Shown here in pieces: positions 1 to 9,595 of a DNA stretch of 64,000 nucleotides. The position numbers were made by a program, and so were the translations under genes. Each line of letters begins with the position of its first letter. Position 1 is the stretch's first letter. The notes below the pieces were generated by a model. That model was not told where the DNA came from, did not search any database, and saw nothing but the letters and a program-made list of their open reading frames with translations. The stretch spans positions 26,923 to 90,922 of the forward strand of contig CAZVGS010000002.1 of the NCBI GenBank assembly GCA_964627245.1, written 5' to 3'. Origin of the DNA: an uncultured Gammaproteobacteria bacterium. Lineage in GTDB: Bacteria; Patescibacteriota; Microgenomatia; Levybacterales; GWA1-39-11.

Positions 1-37
1 CTCCGGAGTCAAAAACGCCAATCGGTTGGTTATTCAT
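1..37 (-). CDS. murI: glutamate racemase, 5' end only (runs off window)
   Basis: Reverse strand from ATG at 37 reads MNNQPIGVFDSG, the MurI N-terminal IGxFDSG motif. Confidence 0.85.
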   Translation of the reverse strand, partial: MNNQPIGVFDSG

Positions 38-63
38 ATAAGTATTACAGACACAAGTGTGAG

Positions 64-138
64 TAGCTGGAGTGGGACTTGAACCCACGACCGCCGCGTT
101 ATGAATGCGGTGCTACGAACCAACCGAGCTCTCCAGCC
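64..138 (-). tRNA. tRNA-Met(CAT), probably elongator
   Basis: Cloverleaf: acceptor GGCTGGA/TCCAGCT, anticodon arm CCGCA-TTCATAA-CGCGG, T arm GTGGG-TTCAAGT-CCCAC. Positions 1-72 are paired, unlike an initiator. Confidence 0.9.
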
Positions 139-156
139 AAAAATTTAATGGTGTTA

Positions 157-185
157 ATTGTACCATTTTGAGGTTAGAAAAACAA
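157..185 (-). promoter_or_regulatory. sigma70 promoter of tRNA-Met
   Basis: Minus strand TTGTTT-17 nt-TACAAT with extended -10 TG. Confidence 0.6.
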
Positions 186-188
186 AAT

Positions 189-220
189 TTTGGCGGAGCA
201 TGCGGGTCTGGAACCCCACG
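189..220 (-). repeat. distal att site of island 1, degenerate copy of the tRNA-Ser 3' end
   Basis: TTTGGCGGAG at 189-198 repeats 12713-12722. The following catgcgggtctggaacccc aligns loosely with the tRNA sequence gaggggggattcgaacccc. Confidence 0.7.
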
Positions 221-508
221 TCCTTATAACACCCACCAGCTCCTTACCCACATATTGTATCAATCTCCAGGCTATAAAATCCACCCGAGGCGAAATGAGA
301 CAAATGAGACAGTAGTTAAAAAGGGTGTCTTTTTTGTCACCTACTCCTACCACAAAGTAATCAATGCAGATTTTTTGATCTATTCAAACAATACTGGCTG
401 GTAGTTTTAACTTTTAAGACAAACTTGATAAGAGATAGTATGCTTTTGTTTAAAAATTGCTATACTGATAGTAGGGAATATTTTTGAAATTTGACTCAAT
501 AAACATGT

Positions 509-3500
509 ATGAATATGAAACAAAGAGTGAGTATAAAAAAACCACTCACACAAAAACTTAAAGGATTTTTCAGCGGAATTAGAAAACCTTTACTAGCCCT
601 ATTTTTCTTATTTACTTTCTCCTCTCTTTTTTTGACATCTCAAGTTTTTGCTTCTCAATCATTCTTATCACAAACTGGCTTAGTTAATAGTAACAACACT
701 ATCTTGGAAATTATTTTGTCCGTAGTCTTGGTTTTATCATTAGGATTAAGCTTGGCCTGGATTTTAATTTATTTAAAACATCGCCACAGGGAACATGAAT
801 ACACAGGTGCAGCGGGCAGTCATAAAGCGCATGATAATTTCTCAGATATAAAATACCACCTTTGGCTATTAAAGCATCTTCCCTTCAAACTTCAGCCCAC
901 GAAGGTGAAGAATCACGCCCACCAACCATATACCCTGAAAGATAATTTTCTGTTTCTACTCTTTCACCCATATTTCGGAGCCTTAAGAAAAGCAATTGCG
1001 TTCTGGCTTATCATCTCTATTTCATTTTCAAGTTCTGGAATTTACTTTCTTGCGAATGCTAGTCCGACACAAGCAGCTGGCGATTTTTCTATAAAGACAG
1101 GATATTTTCTTGGATCGGGGGTAACAAGGTCTATTACCGGTCTTGGTTTTCAACCGGAATTAGTAATTATCAAATCAGACACAGCGGCAGGGCAGTTGGT
1201 GTGGAAGTCGTCGGCAATGCCCGCTAATGTAAGCACTTACCTTGGTGTCGCTACCGCAGACAACACGGAGACTGAAATTACGCTTGATGCCGACGGTTTT
1301 ACGGTTTCAGCCGCCCTGGAGGTCAATACCGCCAACGTCAATTACACCTATGTAGCTTTGGCAGGTTCTGATTGCACCTCAGCGGGTGTATTTTGTGTTG
1401 GTTCTTATACCGGAGATGGCGCCAGCACAAAGAGCATTACAACTGGTTTCCAGCCAGATTTAGTGTGGGCCAAGCGTACGACGGCCTTGGCCGGAGTATT
1501 CAGAACCTCATCAATGAGCACTAACCATGCAGGCTATTTTTCCGCAACCGCAAATAATACAACCGGGACCTTTTTTACGACGCTGGACGGTACCGGCTTT
1601 ACCGCAGGACTAACCAATAACACTAACGGGGGCAAGTACTATTATGTAGCTTTCAAAAATATTGCCGGAAAGACAACGGTTGGTCAATTTACGGGCAATG
1701 GAGTGGATAACCGGGATATTTCTGGCGTGGGATTTGAGCCGGACTTTGTTTTCGTAAAGCAAGATAGCGCCGTCACACCGGTTTTTAACACAACAGATAT
1801 GTACGGGGACTACTCTGCCTTTACTACGGCTGCTGCCAATGCCGTTAACAATATCCAATCACTGGATTCTGACGGATTCCAGGTCGGTAACAGTACCAGT
1901 GTCAATGCTGCAGGTATAGTGAGTCACTATTTTGCCATCGGCGGATCGCCGGACCCGTCACCGGCGGGAAGCTTCCTGATGGAACGGGGTAATTACACCG
2001 GCACGGGTGTAAGCCATGTTATAAGTACCTCTTTTGTTCCGAATCTCGTCATAGTCAAGGGCGACACCATCCAGTACGCAGTATGGAGTACCAGCCTGGA
2101 AGGAGACGCAACCGAGTATTTCGCCGCTGCGGGTGCTGCTTTTACTTCCGGAATAAATATAATAACCGACACGAGCGGATTTACCGTCGGCACAAACGCG
2201 ACTGTAAACTCAAATGGTATTACGTATGAATACATCGCGTTTGGTAACGCGACTTCACCCCGGCTGGGAAATGGAGCGGCAGATTTCTATATAGGATCTT
2301 ACACCGGAAACGGCCTTGACGGGAGAAAGATTGATCACCTTGGTATTGGCGCGGATATGGTCGTAATCAAAAGGACTAACGGCACTGCAAACCAGTCCTT
2401 CTGGAAGACGACTAGCCCGGTTATGACCGATAACACAACGGCATATTTTTCTGCAACAACTGATGACACGACGGGAGTATTGGTTAAGACACTTGATTCC
2501 GGCGGTTTTACGCTTGGAAGTAACGCGGGTACGAATGCCGCCGGCGCCACATATAACTGGTTTGCTTTTAAAGAAGGTGCCAATTTTGATATCGGCTCTT
2601 ATGCGGGCGATGGGGTGGCAGATAAAGAAATTACCGGCGTGGGTTTCCAGCCTGATTTTGTCTGGACCAAAAGAAATTCGGCAATTGCCGCAGTTCATAA
2701 ATCAAGCGACAGCGGGATTGCCAGTAATTATTCCCAGCATTTTATGAACCTGGCAAACGACACCAATGACATAAAAACTTTTACATCCGACGGCTTTACG
2801 CTTGGTAACTCTGCTGAAGTAAATACTTCGGGCGGGACCTACAGGTACGCAGCTTGGGATAGTTCAACCTCCAGCAACCCGCCGAGTACGCCAACCAATT
2901 CATCCCCCGCTGGTGGTGCGACAGCGCAAAACTTAAACGCCACACTTACCGGCTCGGCATATTCTGATCCCGATTCCAACGCTCAAACGGATTCGCAGTG
3001 GCAGGTGGATGATGATTCTGACTTTGCGACACCTGTTTGGACCAGAACAGCAGGTGCAAGCGGCGTAACAACATCTGTAACTTCCGCAAATGGGACGTTT
3101 GCCAATGAGCTGAGCGGCAAGACAGAGCTGGATCATGCAACTACCTATTACTGGCGGGTAAGGTACTCAGACGGTACATATTCTTCGTGGTCCACCGGAA
3201 CAAGTTTTACAACAAATACTATTTCTACACCAACACATTCATCTCCGGCAGACCAGGCAACCGTCACCACACTTACACCCACACTAACAACCTCAGCATT
3301 TTCGGATACCCAAAGCGGACATACATCTGCCAATGCCCAATGGCAGATAAGTGCATCCAGTTCTTTTTCAAGTCCTATTTATGACTCGGGAACTGTAAGC
3401 TACGGTGCTTCCTTGGTTGTTCCCTCCGCAACGCTTTCAAATGGGAATGTTTATTATTGGAGAGTCCGATATCAGGATTCAACTAGCCAATGGTCATCAT

Positions 3501-5728
3501 ATTCTACCGCTACGCGTTTTCTTGTCCAGCAATCGACTTCAAGTTCGATAGCAAAGTTGACACCTTTGTTTGGGAGCACAGTCGTAGACCAGGGAGATGC
3601 TGTAAAAATTGACGCGCAATTCTTGTCCTCTGCAGGCGCACCTATAAATGACGCAACTGCGACTATAAATATTTATAACCCAAGCGGAACCCTGGTTGTA
3701 ACTGCGCAGACAATGAGTTATATCGCAAGTTCAAACGGTATATACAGATATTCATATACCATCCCTTCAACCAGCGGAAGTTATCTGTATGATGTGACGG
3801 CAACTTCGGGAAGCACCACAGGATACGGAGCCGAAAACTTTGAGGTAAGGACAATCGTTTCTGATATCAGTTCTGCCAAATCGGCAGCCGAATCCGCTCA
3901 ATCAGCAGCTGTGTCAAATCAATCGACCCTTTCTACCATCAACACAAATCTCAATACTGCCAACACCAATATTAATACTATCAATACGAATGTTTCTGCC
4001 ATAAAAAACGCTACAGTAAGTGTGACAGGAGTAATCTCTGACTCTTCTCCGTCTGATTCATCTTTCAAAACCAATTTGACTGCCGGGAAAGATGATTTTT
4101 ATAAAAATATGGTAATTACTTTTACATCTGGTGACAATTCCGGCCAATCCAGAAGAATATCCAGCTATTCCCAGTCTGACAAGAAAATAAGCGTCGATCC
4201 GTCATTCTCTTATACCCCTGCCGATGGAGATACTTTTGTTATTAATGTAGGCTCTGTCCGAGCAGAGGAACTTTCTGGCTCGGCCAAGTCAACGATCGAA
4301 TCAGTCCAAACAAAACTCAACTCCCTATCGGGGACTCTGCCGTCAAACTTCTCGGGTGTTTATGACCAGCTTGTAACTATAACCAATCAGCTCTCATCAC
4401 TCGGGGCTATCAAAGGCAACGGAGCCGAGGCACTTTATGATCTTTCTCCTGCCAATAAAGACGATATCAAATATTTAAAAAATAAAATTCTTGATCTGCA
4501 AGCAGCTATGGAAATCACCAAGGCCATGCTTTCGGGTGATCAAAATTCTGTATTTTCCACCTGGTATACATTTAATTCCGTGGTATTGAATATGCTGATT
4601 GCCAATCCGACAGATCGTGACGCGACAATTCCCTTTAAAGCCTATCTGCCAAAAGAGGCCAAACCCGAGCACATCATCTCCTCCGGCGGGATGAAGGTGG
4701 AATATGATGAGGGTGCAAATGCGTATTATGTCAGCGGTGAGTTTGATTTAGATGCAGGCGATTCTATTACTAAACAGGTTGAAATCAAGGACATTTGGTT
4801 GATAGATGAAAGCGAATTGAATGGATATAAAACTCAGGCAAATGATTTATACAATGAAGCCAAGTCTACTGCTTACTCGGCTCAAGCGTTGGTTTTGAAA
4901 AATGATACGAATAACCGGATTGATAAAATTCTACGCTCTCAAAAAGAAAATAACGCCGATCCCACCGAACATATCCAAACCTTCCGCAATAATCAGGATG
5001 ATCTGATATCTATAAAGGATAATCTGAAAAAAATGACAGATCTTGTCACTTCTGCTGGAGCAGGAAGAGGGATGTTGGCATCAGTCGGAGGGATACAGAC
5101 TGTCGCCTCGTGGGGAATTATTGTCATGCTTATAGCCGGTTTTGTAATTTTAGGAGTTTTCTCTTACACAATGTGGAAGCACCAGATGATGGTAACAGCT
5201 CTGGCTTCCGGTAAGCTTCAGGATGGCAAAAGAAGATTGTCGCCTGAATTAGTTGGTAGTAATGTCTTGGATGAGATAAAAAAGCCGATGGTAGCATTAA
5301 GTATACCTCGACTGAATCTTCATTTCTTGACGGCAATTTACAAGTTAAAATGGCTGGCGTTGTTGGGTTTGGTAATAATAATTATTTTTGCTTTTTATAA
5401 AGGGTTTGTTTCCAACCCATGGCAAGCATTAATAACCAATCCAACTTCTATTCCAACAGTCTCACCAACATCTATTCCATCTCCAATACCTAGCCCAACG
5501 CCTGTTGAGAAAAAAGTAACAGTGCTGGAAACCGAAACAGGATGGTTAAACGTCAGGGAAGAACCGACTATAAAAAGTGAAGTTCTAGGCAAGGCAGACG
5601 TTGATAAAACGTATACAGAACTTGACAGAGAAGAAAACGATTTACAGGAAGAGTGGATAAAAATCAGATTAAATAATGAGATCGAAGGTTGGGTTTTGGG
5701 AAAGTATGTAGAAAAAGCTTCAAACTAG
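509..5728 (+). CDS. giant multidomain membrane-anchored surface protein (1739 aa)
   Basis: N-terminal hydrophobic segments, six ~100-aa repeats (G-x-Y/F-x-G-x-G...GFQPD-like), two FN3/Ig-like PxTPTxSSPA...YYWRVRY modules, coiled coils, two C-terminal TM helices, a P/T linker and an SH3b-like end (WLNVREEP...GWV). Confidence 0.8.
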   Translation: MNMKQRVSIKKPLTQKLKGFFSGIRKPLLALFFLFTFSSLFLTSQVFASQSFLSQTGLVNSNNTILEIILSVVLVLSLGLSLAWILIYLKHRHREHEYTGAAGSHKAHDNFSDIKYHLWLLKHLPFKLQPTKVKNHAHQPYTLKDNFLFLLFHPYFGALRKAIAFWLIISISFSSSGIYFLANASPTQAAGDFSIKTGYFLGSGVTRSITGLGFQPELVIIKSDTAAGQLVWKSSAMPANVSTYLGVATADNTETEITLDADGFTVSAALEVNTANVNYTYVALAGSDCTSAGVFCVGSYTGDGASTKSITTGFQPDLVWAKRTTALAGVFRTSSMSTNHAGYFSATANNTTGTFFTTLDGTGFTAGLTNNTNGGKYYYVAFKNIAGKTTVGQFTGNGVDNRDISGVGFEPDFVFVKQDSAVTPVFNTTDMYGDYSAFTTAAANAVNNIQSLDSDGFQVGNSTSVNAAGIVSHYFAIGGSPDPSPAGSFLMERGNYTGTGVSHVISTSFVPNLVIVKGDTIQYAVWSTSLEGDATEYFAAAGAAFTSGINIITDTSGFTVGTNATVNSNGITYEYIAFGNATSPRLGNGAADFYIGSYTGNGLDGRKIDHLGIGADMVVIKRTNGTANQSFWKTTSPVMTDNTTAYFSATTDDTTGVLVKTLDSGGFTLGSNAGTNAAGATYNWFAFKEGANFDIGSYAGDGVADKEITGVGFQPDFVWTKRNSAIAAVHKSSDSGIASNYSQHFMNLANDTNDIKTFTSDGFTLGNSAEVNTSGGTYRYAAWDSSTSSNPPSTPTNSSPAGGATAQNLNATLTGSAYSDPDSNAQTDSQWQVDDDSDFATPVWTRTAGASGVTTSVTSANGTFANELSGKTELDHATTYYWRVRYSDGTYSSWSTGTSFTTNTISTPTHSSPADQATVTTLTPTLTTSAFSDTQSGHTSANAQWQISASSSFSSPIYDSGTVSYGASLVVPSATLSNGNVYYWRVRYQDSTSQWSSYSTATRFLVQQSTSSSIAKLTPLFGSTVVDQGDAVKIDAQFLSSAGAPINDATATINIYNPSGTLVVTAQTMSYIASSNGIYRYSYTIPSTSGSYLYDVTATSGSTTGYGAENFEVRTIVSDISSAKSAAESAQSAAVSNQSTLSTINTNLNTANTNINTINTNVSAIKNATVSVTGVISDSSPSDSSFKTNLTAGKDDFYKNMVITFTSGDNSGQSRRISSYSQSDKKISVDPSFSYTPADGDTFVINVGSVRAEELSGSAKSTIESVQTKLNSLSGTLPSNFSGVYDQLVTITNQLSSLGAIKGNGAEALYDLSPANKDDIKYLKNKILDLQAAMEITKAMLSGDQNSVFSTWYTFNSVVLNMLIANPTDRDATIPFKAYLPKEAKPEHIISSGGMKVEYDEGANAYYVSGEFDLDAGDSITKQVEIKDIWLIDESELNGYKTQANDLYNEAKSTAYSAQALVLKNDTNNRIDKILRSQKENNADPTEHIQTFRNNQDDLISIKDNLKKMTDLVTSAGAGRGMLASVGGIQTVASWGIIVMLIAGFVILGVFSYTMWKHQMMVTALASGKLQDGKRRLSPELVGSNVLDEIKKPMVALSIPRLNLHFLTAIYKLKWLALLGLVIIIIFAFYKGFVSNPWQALITNPTSIPTVSPTSIPSPIPSPTPVEKKVTVLETETGWLNVREEPTIKSEVLGKADVDKTYTELDREENDLQEEWIKIRLNNEIEGWVLGKYVEKASN

Positions 5729-5729
5729 T

Positions 5730-6152
5730 ATGAAAATTGTTTTTGCTTTGCTTTTGTCTTTTATTGCTCCGATTATCTTGTTGCCTGTAGAGCAAATATT
5801 GAATTATCCCCATATTATAGAAGAAGCAGTTAAGCTTCTCGCGGTAACACTAATAATCTTTCAATCAAAACAAGGCAAGAAAAATTATTTAATGGTGGCT
5901 GTTTTAGTAGGCGTACTTTTTACCATTTCAGAAAGCGTGCTCTATTTGGTTAATTCTTTCCAAATGGATAATTTTTCACTTATTCCACAAAGAATTATTG
6001 TAACCGGAATTCTTCATAGCGCCACCTGCGTCCTAATCTATATCCTGGGAAGAAAAAGCTGGTGGCTATTGGGTGCTGGATTTGTTCTTGCTGTGCTTAT
6101 TCACTATTACTTTAATATATTCATAACAAGTTACGTCCCCGTCCGCTTTTAA
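5730..6152 (+). CDS. small PrsW-family glutamic intramembrane protease-like protein
   Basis: Hydrophobic, with EExxK (IIEEAVK), FxxxE (FTISES) and two TM histidines (ILH, LIH). Starts after a 1-nt gap from the giant gene. Confidence 0.65.
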   Translation: MKIVFALLLSFIAPIILLPVEQILNYPHIIEEAVKLLAVTLIIFQSKQGKKNYLMVAVLVGVLFTISESVLYLVNSFQMDNFSLIPQRIIVTGILHSATCVLIYILGRKSWWLLGAGFVLAVLIHYYFNIFITSYVPVRF

Positions 6153-6190
6153 ATATTTTGCAATAATTGTGGGGTTAGTATAATTGCGCT

Positions 6191-6952
6191 ATGGGAAAGC
6201 AAAAATACTTTGAAGAGCGTGAATTAAGGGTCAATCAGAAGCTGAAAATTCTACTTGAAAGAAAAGATTTTCAAACTGATATTGCAGTTTTTCGAAAGAA
6301 GTGGAACATTTCGAAAGGTGGTTTTAAAACGGAAGATGGGTATCGGGAGTGGATGGGATGGCTAGAAACACAGACTGATAAATACATTGATGAAAACTGG
6401 AGTAAATGCCGAGCGGAACTTCAAGAACTGTCAAAACAAGGCAAACTAAGCGAACGAGAGGAGTTAAATAGGAAATTTAATCATCAGTCACCTAGAAACG
6501 CTTTTCATTATGAAATCCACAATTTATTGTTTAAACATAAGATTCCAACTTCCTGGTATAGCGGAATGCGACTTTACTTGTTAAGTAATGATTTAGGTTC
6601 AGCTCGAGTACCGTTAAATAATGTTACGGTACAAATAACTTGGAATGAGCAAACAGGTGAACGCCAACTCTCCCTTCTGCTAACAGCAGATTCAACGATG
6701 GATGATGTTAAAGCTGTTTGGAAACCACTAGTTATGCCCGAGCTTAGAAAACTGCACGATTATTCTGTAGTTAAAGGCAGATACAAACCTAACCTGGAAC
6801 TTGATAAACGAGTGCATGAATTATGGAAAGCTGGTGACAATACCTATGAGCAAATTGCTGAGGTAATTAAAAGCGAATTCCCTATAAGTTCTAATTTTAT
6901 GTATACGGATGTATCTAACGCCCTTAAAAGGTATAAGAAACGCTTCGGTTAA
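6191..6952 (+). CDS. hypothetical protein with putative C-terminal HTH (island regulator)
   Basis: 253 aa; C-terminal TYEQIAEVI...DVSNALKRYKKR looks like an HTH. TATAAT lies 6 nt before the ATG. Confidence 0.55.
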   Translation: MGKQKYFEERELRVNQKLKILLERKDFQTDIAVFRKKWNISKGGFKTEDGYREWMGWLETQTDKYIDENWSKCRAELQELSKQGKLSEREELNRKFNHQSPRNAFHYEIHNLLFKHKIPTSWYSGMRLYLLSNDLGSARVPLNNVTVQITWNEQTGERQLSLLLTADSTMDDVKAVWKPLVMPELRKLHDYSVVKGRYKPNLELDKRVHELWKAGDNTYEQIAEVIKSEFPISSNFMYTDVSNALKRYKKRFG

Positions 6953-7081
6953 GAATCACGCTTAATTCGTAACGTATCGCTTCTTTTCCCCCTCCCCTAC
7001 AATTTCCTTAAACTACTGAATTCTGAAAATGTATAAGTTTTCAGTGGTTTATCCATACAATTTGAGTAGAGGTACAAAACT

Positions 7082-8368
7082 ATGATTAAACAGCCACAAC
7101 ACAATCTAAAAATTGAATATGTTGACGTAGAGAAACTGATTCCAGCTGTATATAACCCTCGCACTTGGGATGAAGCGGCAATTAAAAATCTCACATCAAG
7201 TATTAAAGGTTTTGATATTGTCGATCCGTTAATCGTTAATAATGTCAAAGGTCGGGGAAATATTGTCATCGGTGGTCACTTTAGGTTGGAGATAGCCAAA
7301 CGCTTGGGATATAAACAGGTACCTGTCGTTTACGTCACCATTCCTGACATTGATAAAGAAAAAGAATTAAACCTCAGGCTTAACCGCAATACCGGAGCCT
7401 GGGATTTTGAGCTTCTGAAAGAATTTGACGTTAATCTTCTTCTTAATGTTGGCTTTGATGATACGGACCTTTCCCATATCTGGGATGATGCGCTATCAAT
7501 TGAAGATGACAATTTCGATACTGAAAAAGCCATTGAAGAAATCGGTACTCCAAAAACAAAACTTGGGGATTTGATTAAACTCGGCAACAATTTCTTGATT
7601 TGCGGTGCTGCAACTGATCCGACAGCTGTAAAAAGACTAGTTGGAGCAAATAAGATCCATATTTTAAATTACGACCCTCCGTATAACATTTTACTTGATT
7701 ACCATAAAGGGATTGGCACAAATGGTAAATATGGAGGAAAACAGACAAATGACAATAAAACGGATGAAGACTATCGAAGTTTTCTTTTAAAAACACTTCA
7801 GAATGGGCTAATAGTTGCTAACGATGTCTGTCATGTCTTTTGCTGGTGTGATGAAACGTATATCGGATTAGTTCAGGGAATATACCAAGAACTTGATATT
7901 GAAAATAAGCGGGTGTGTTTATGGATCAAGAATAATCAAAACGCCACCCCTCAGATTGCTTTCAATAAAGCCTACGAACCATGCGTGTATGGAATTAAAG
8001 GTAAACCACATCTCGCACCAACGCCTACTAACCTGAACGAGATACTCAATAAAGAGGTCGGAACAGGTAATCGACTCCCAGATGACATTCTTGATCTCTT
8101 TAACATTTGGTTGGCAAAAAGGTTGCCCACAAGCGAGTATGAACACCCGACACAAAAGCCACCAACGGTATATGAGAAGTCATTACGTCGTTGTACGAAA
8201 CCTGGAGATTCAGTTTTGGATGTATTTGGCGGTTCAGGTACCACATTAATAGCCTGTGAGCAATTGAAACGGCGAGCATTCTTGTGCGAGTTAGAGCCGA
8301 TTTTCTGCGATGTAATCATTAAGCGATTCCAGGAATTAACCGGGAAGGAGGCAGAATATGTCATTTAA
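7082..8368 (+). CDS. ParB-like N-terminal domain fused to a beta-class N6/N4 DNA methyltransferase
   Basis: YNPR...GGHFR ParB/Srx motifs; DPPY, HPTQKP and DVFGGSGTT in beta order. Confidence 0.9.
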   Translation: MIKQPQHNLKIEYVDVEKLIPAVYNPRTWDEAAIKNLTSSIKGFDIVDPLIVNNVKGRGNIVIGGHFRLEIAKRLGYKQVPVVYVTIPDIDKEKELNLRLNRNTGAWDFELLKEFDVNLLLNVGFDDTDLSHIWDDALSIEDDNFDTEKAIEEIGTPKTKLGDLIKLGNNFLICGAATDPTAVKRLVGANKIHILNYDPPYNILLDYHKGIGTNGKYGGKQTNDNKTDEDYRSFLLKTLQNGLIVANDVCHVFCWCDETYIGLVQGIYQELDIENKRVCLWIKNNQNATPQIAFNKAYEPCVYGIKGKPHLAPTPTNLNEILNKEVGTGNRLPDDILDLFNIWLAKRLPTSEYEHPTQKPPTVYEKSLRRCTKPGDSVLDVFGGSGTTLIACEQLKRRAFLCELEPIFCDVIIKRFQELTGKEAEYVI

Positions 8369-9119
8369 ATTAGGTGAAATTCGCCAGCTTGGAGAGCATT
8401 ACCTCCTTTGTGGGGATAGTACTGATGAATATACAGTGAAAATGTTTATTAAAGACCTGAAGATAAAATCTGTCATCTTCGACCCACCCTATGGTGTTCA
8501 CTATACCGAAAGCAAAGAATTTCTCCAAACCGGAACTGTCAAACACAGACCAATTATCAATGACTGGATAACTTCAGAACCAGAATATTACAAGTTTTCC
8601 TACTCATGGTTATCTTCAGTTATTCCACATCTAACCAAAAAGAATTCACTGTATATTTTTAGCTCTGACATCATGCTCTTTCCGGTACGGGAAGCGATGG
8701 CTCATGCTGGTATCAGCTTCGGGCAACTTCTTGTGTGGGTAAAAAATCACAACGTTCTTGGGAGACTTGATTACTTGCCCCAGCACGAAATGGTTCTCTA
8801 TGGTTGGTATGGTACCCATGAATTTATGAAATCAAAAGACAAAAGTGTCTTACTCTGTCCAAAACCCAATAAGAGCAAATTGCACCCAACCATGAAGCCA
8901 GTACCGCTTCTGAGACGACTTATATTAAACAGTACTCAAGTTGGAGATATTGTTTTTGATGGATTTGGAGGATCGGGATCGACTTTAATTGCTTGTGAAC
9001 AAACCAAACGGAAGTGTTTGATGATTGAACTGGATCCTGAGTATTGCCAAGTCATTTGTGATCGGTTTGAAATGATGACAAAAATTAAACCTAAAGAGGT
9101 GGAAACATTAAACGTATGA
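8358..9119 (+). CDS. beta-class N6/N4 DNA methyltransferase
   Basis: LLCGDS, DPPY, HPTMKP, DGFGGSGST motifs. Confidence 0.9.
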   Translation: MSFKLGEIRQLGEHYLLCGDSTDEYTVKMFIKDLKIKSVIFDPPYGVHYTESKEFLQTGTVKHRPIINDWITSEPEYYKFSYSWLSSVIPHLTKKNSLYIFSSDIMLFPVREAMAHAGISFGQLLVWVKNHNVLGRLDYLPQHEMVLYGWYGTHEFMKSKDKSVLLCPKPNKSKLHPTMKPVPLLRRLILNSTQVGDIVFDGFGGSGSTLIACEQTKRKCLMIELDPEYCQVICDRFEMMTKIKPKEVETLNV

Positions 9120-9595
9120 CAGATAATACGCCTGAAACCAGTATTCAAAAACGGATGGACATCAACAAAGAGTTGTTGATTGATCAGCTCAAGAAAACGC
9201 CCATTGTTCAAATAGCCTGCGAAAAGACGGGTGTTGGTCGGGCTACCTATTATCGCTGGCGGAAAGAGGACAGTGAATTTGCTGGCTTAGCAGATGAAGC
9301 GATTGCTGAAGGCAACGAACTGGTAAACGACATGGCAGAATCACAATTAATGGCAGCAATTCGGGATGGTAATTTAGGCGGAATCATCTTCTGGCTCAAG
9401 CACCATCACCCTCGATATGCCACCAGAGTTGAGGTAACGGCTAAATTAAAACATGATGATGAAACCTTAACTCCTGACCAGGAAGCGTTGGTTATGAAAG
9501 CACTTAAATTGGCAGCTCTTCTTCCCGATCCTAATATTACAAGTGATGCCACACAAGAAGCGGTTCAACCAAAAACAAAGGAGGGGCAATCATGA
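9116..9595 (+). CDS. putative terminase small subunit (HTH type)
   Basis: IACEKTGVGRATYYRWRKED HTH plus IIFWLK motif; overlaps the start of the large terminase. Confidence 0.7.
   Translation: MTDNTPETSIQKRMDINKELLIDQLKKTPIVQIACEKTGVGRATYYRWRKEDSEFAGLADEAIAEGNELVNDMAESQLMAAIRDGNLGGIIFWLKHHHPRYATRVEVTAKLKHDDETLTPDQEALVMKALKLAALLPDPNITSDATQEAVQPKTKEGQS

Noticed and set aside
105-404. 99-aa ORF in the track
   Set aside because: Starts inside the tRNA-Met antisense, crosses the att site and has no recognisable motif.
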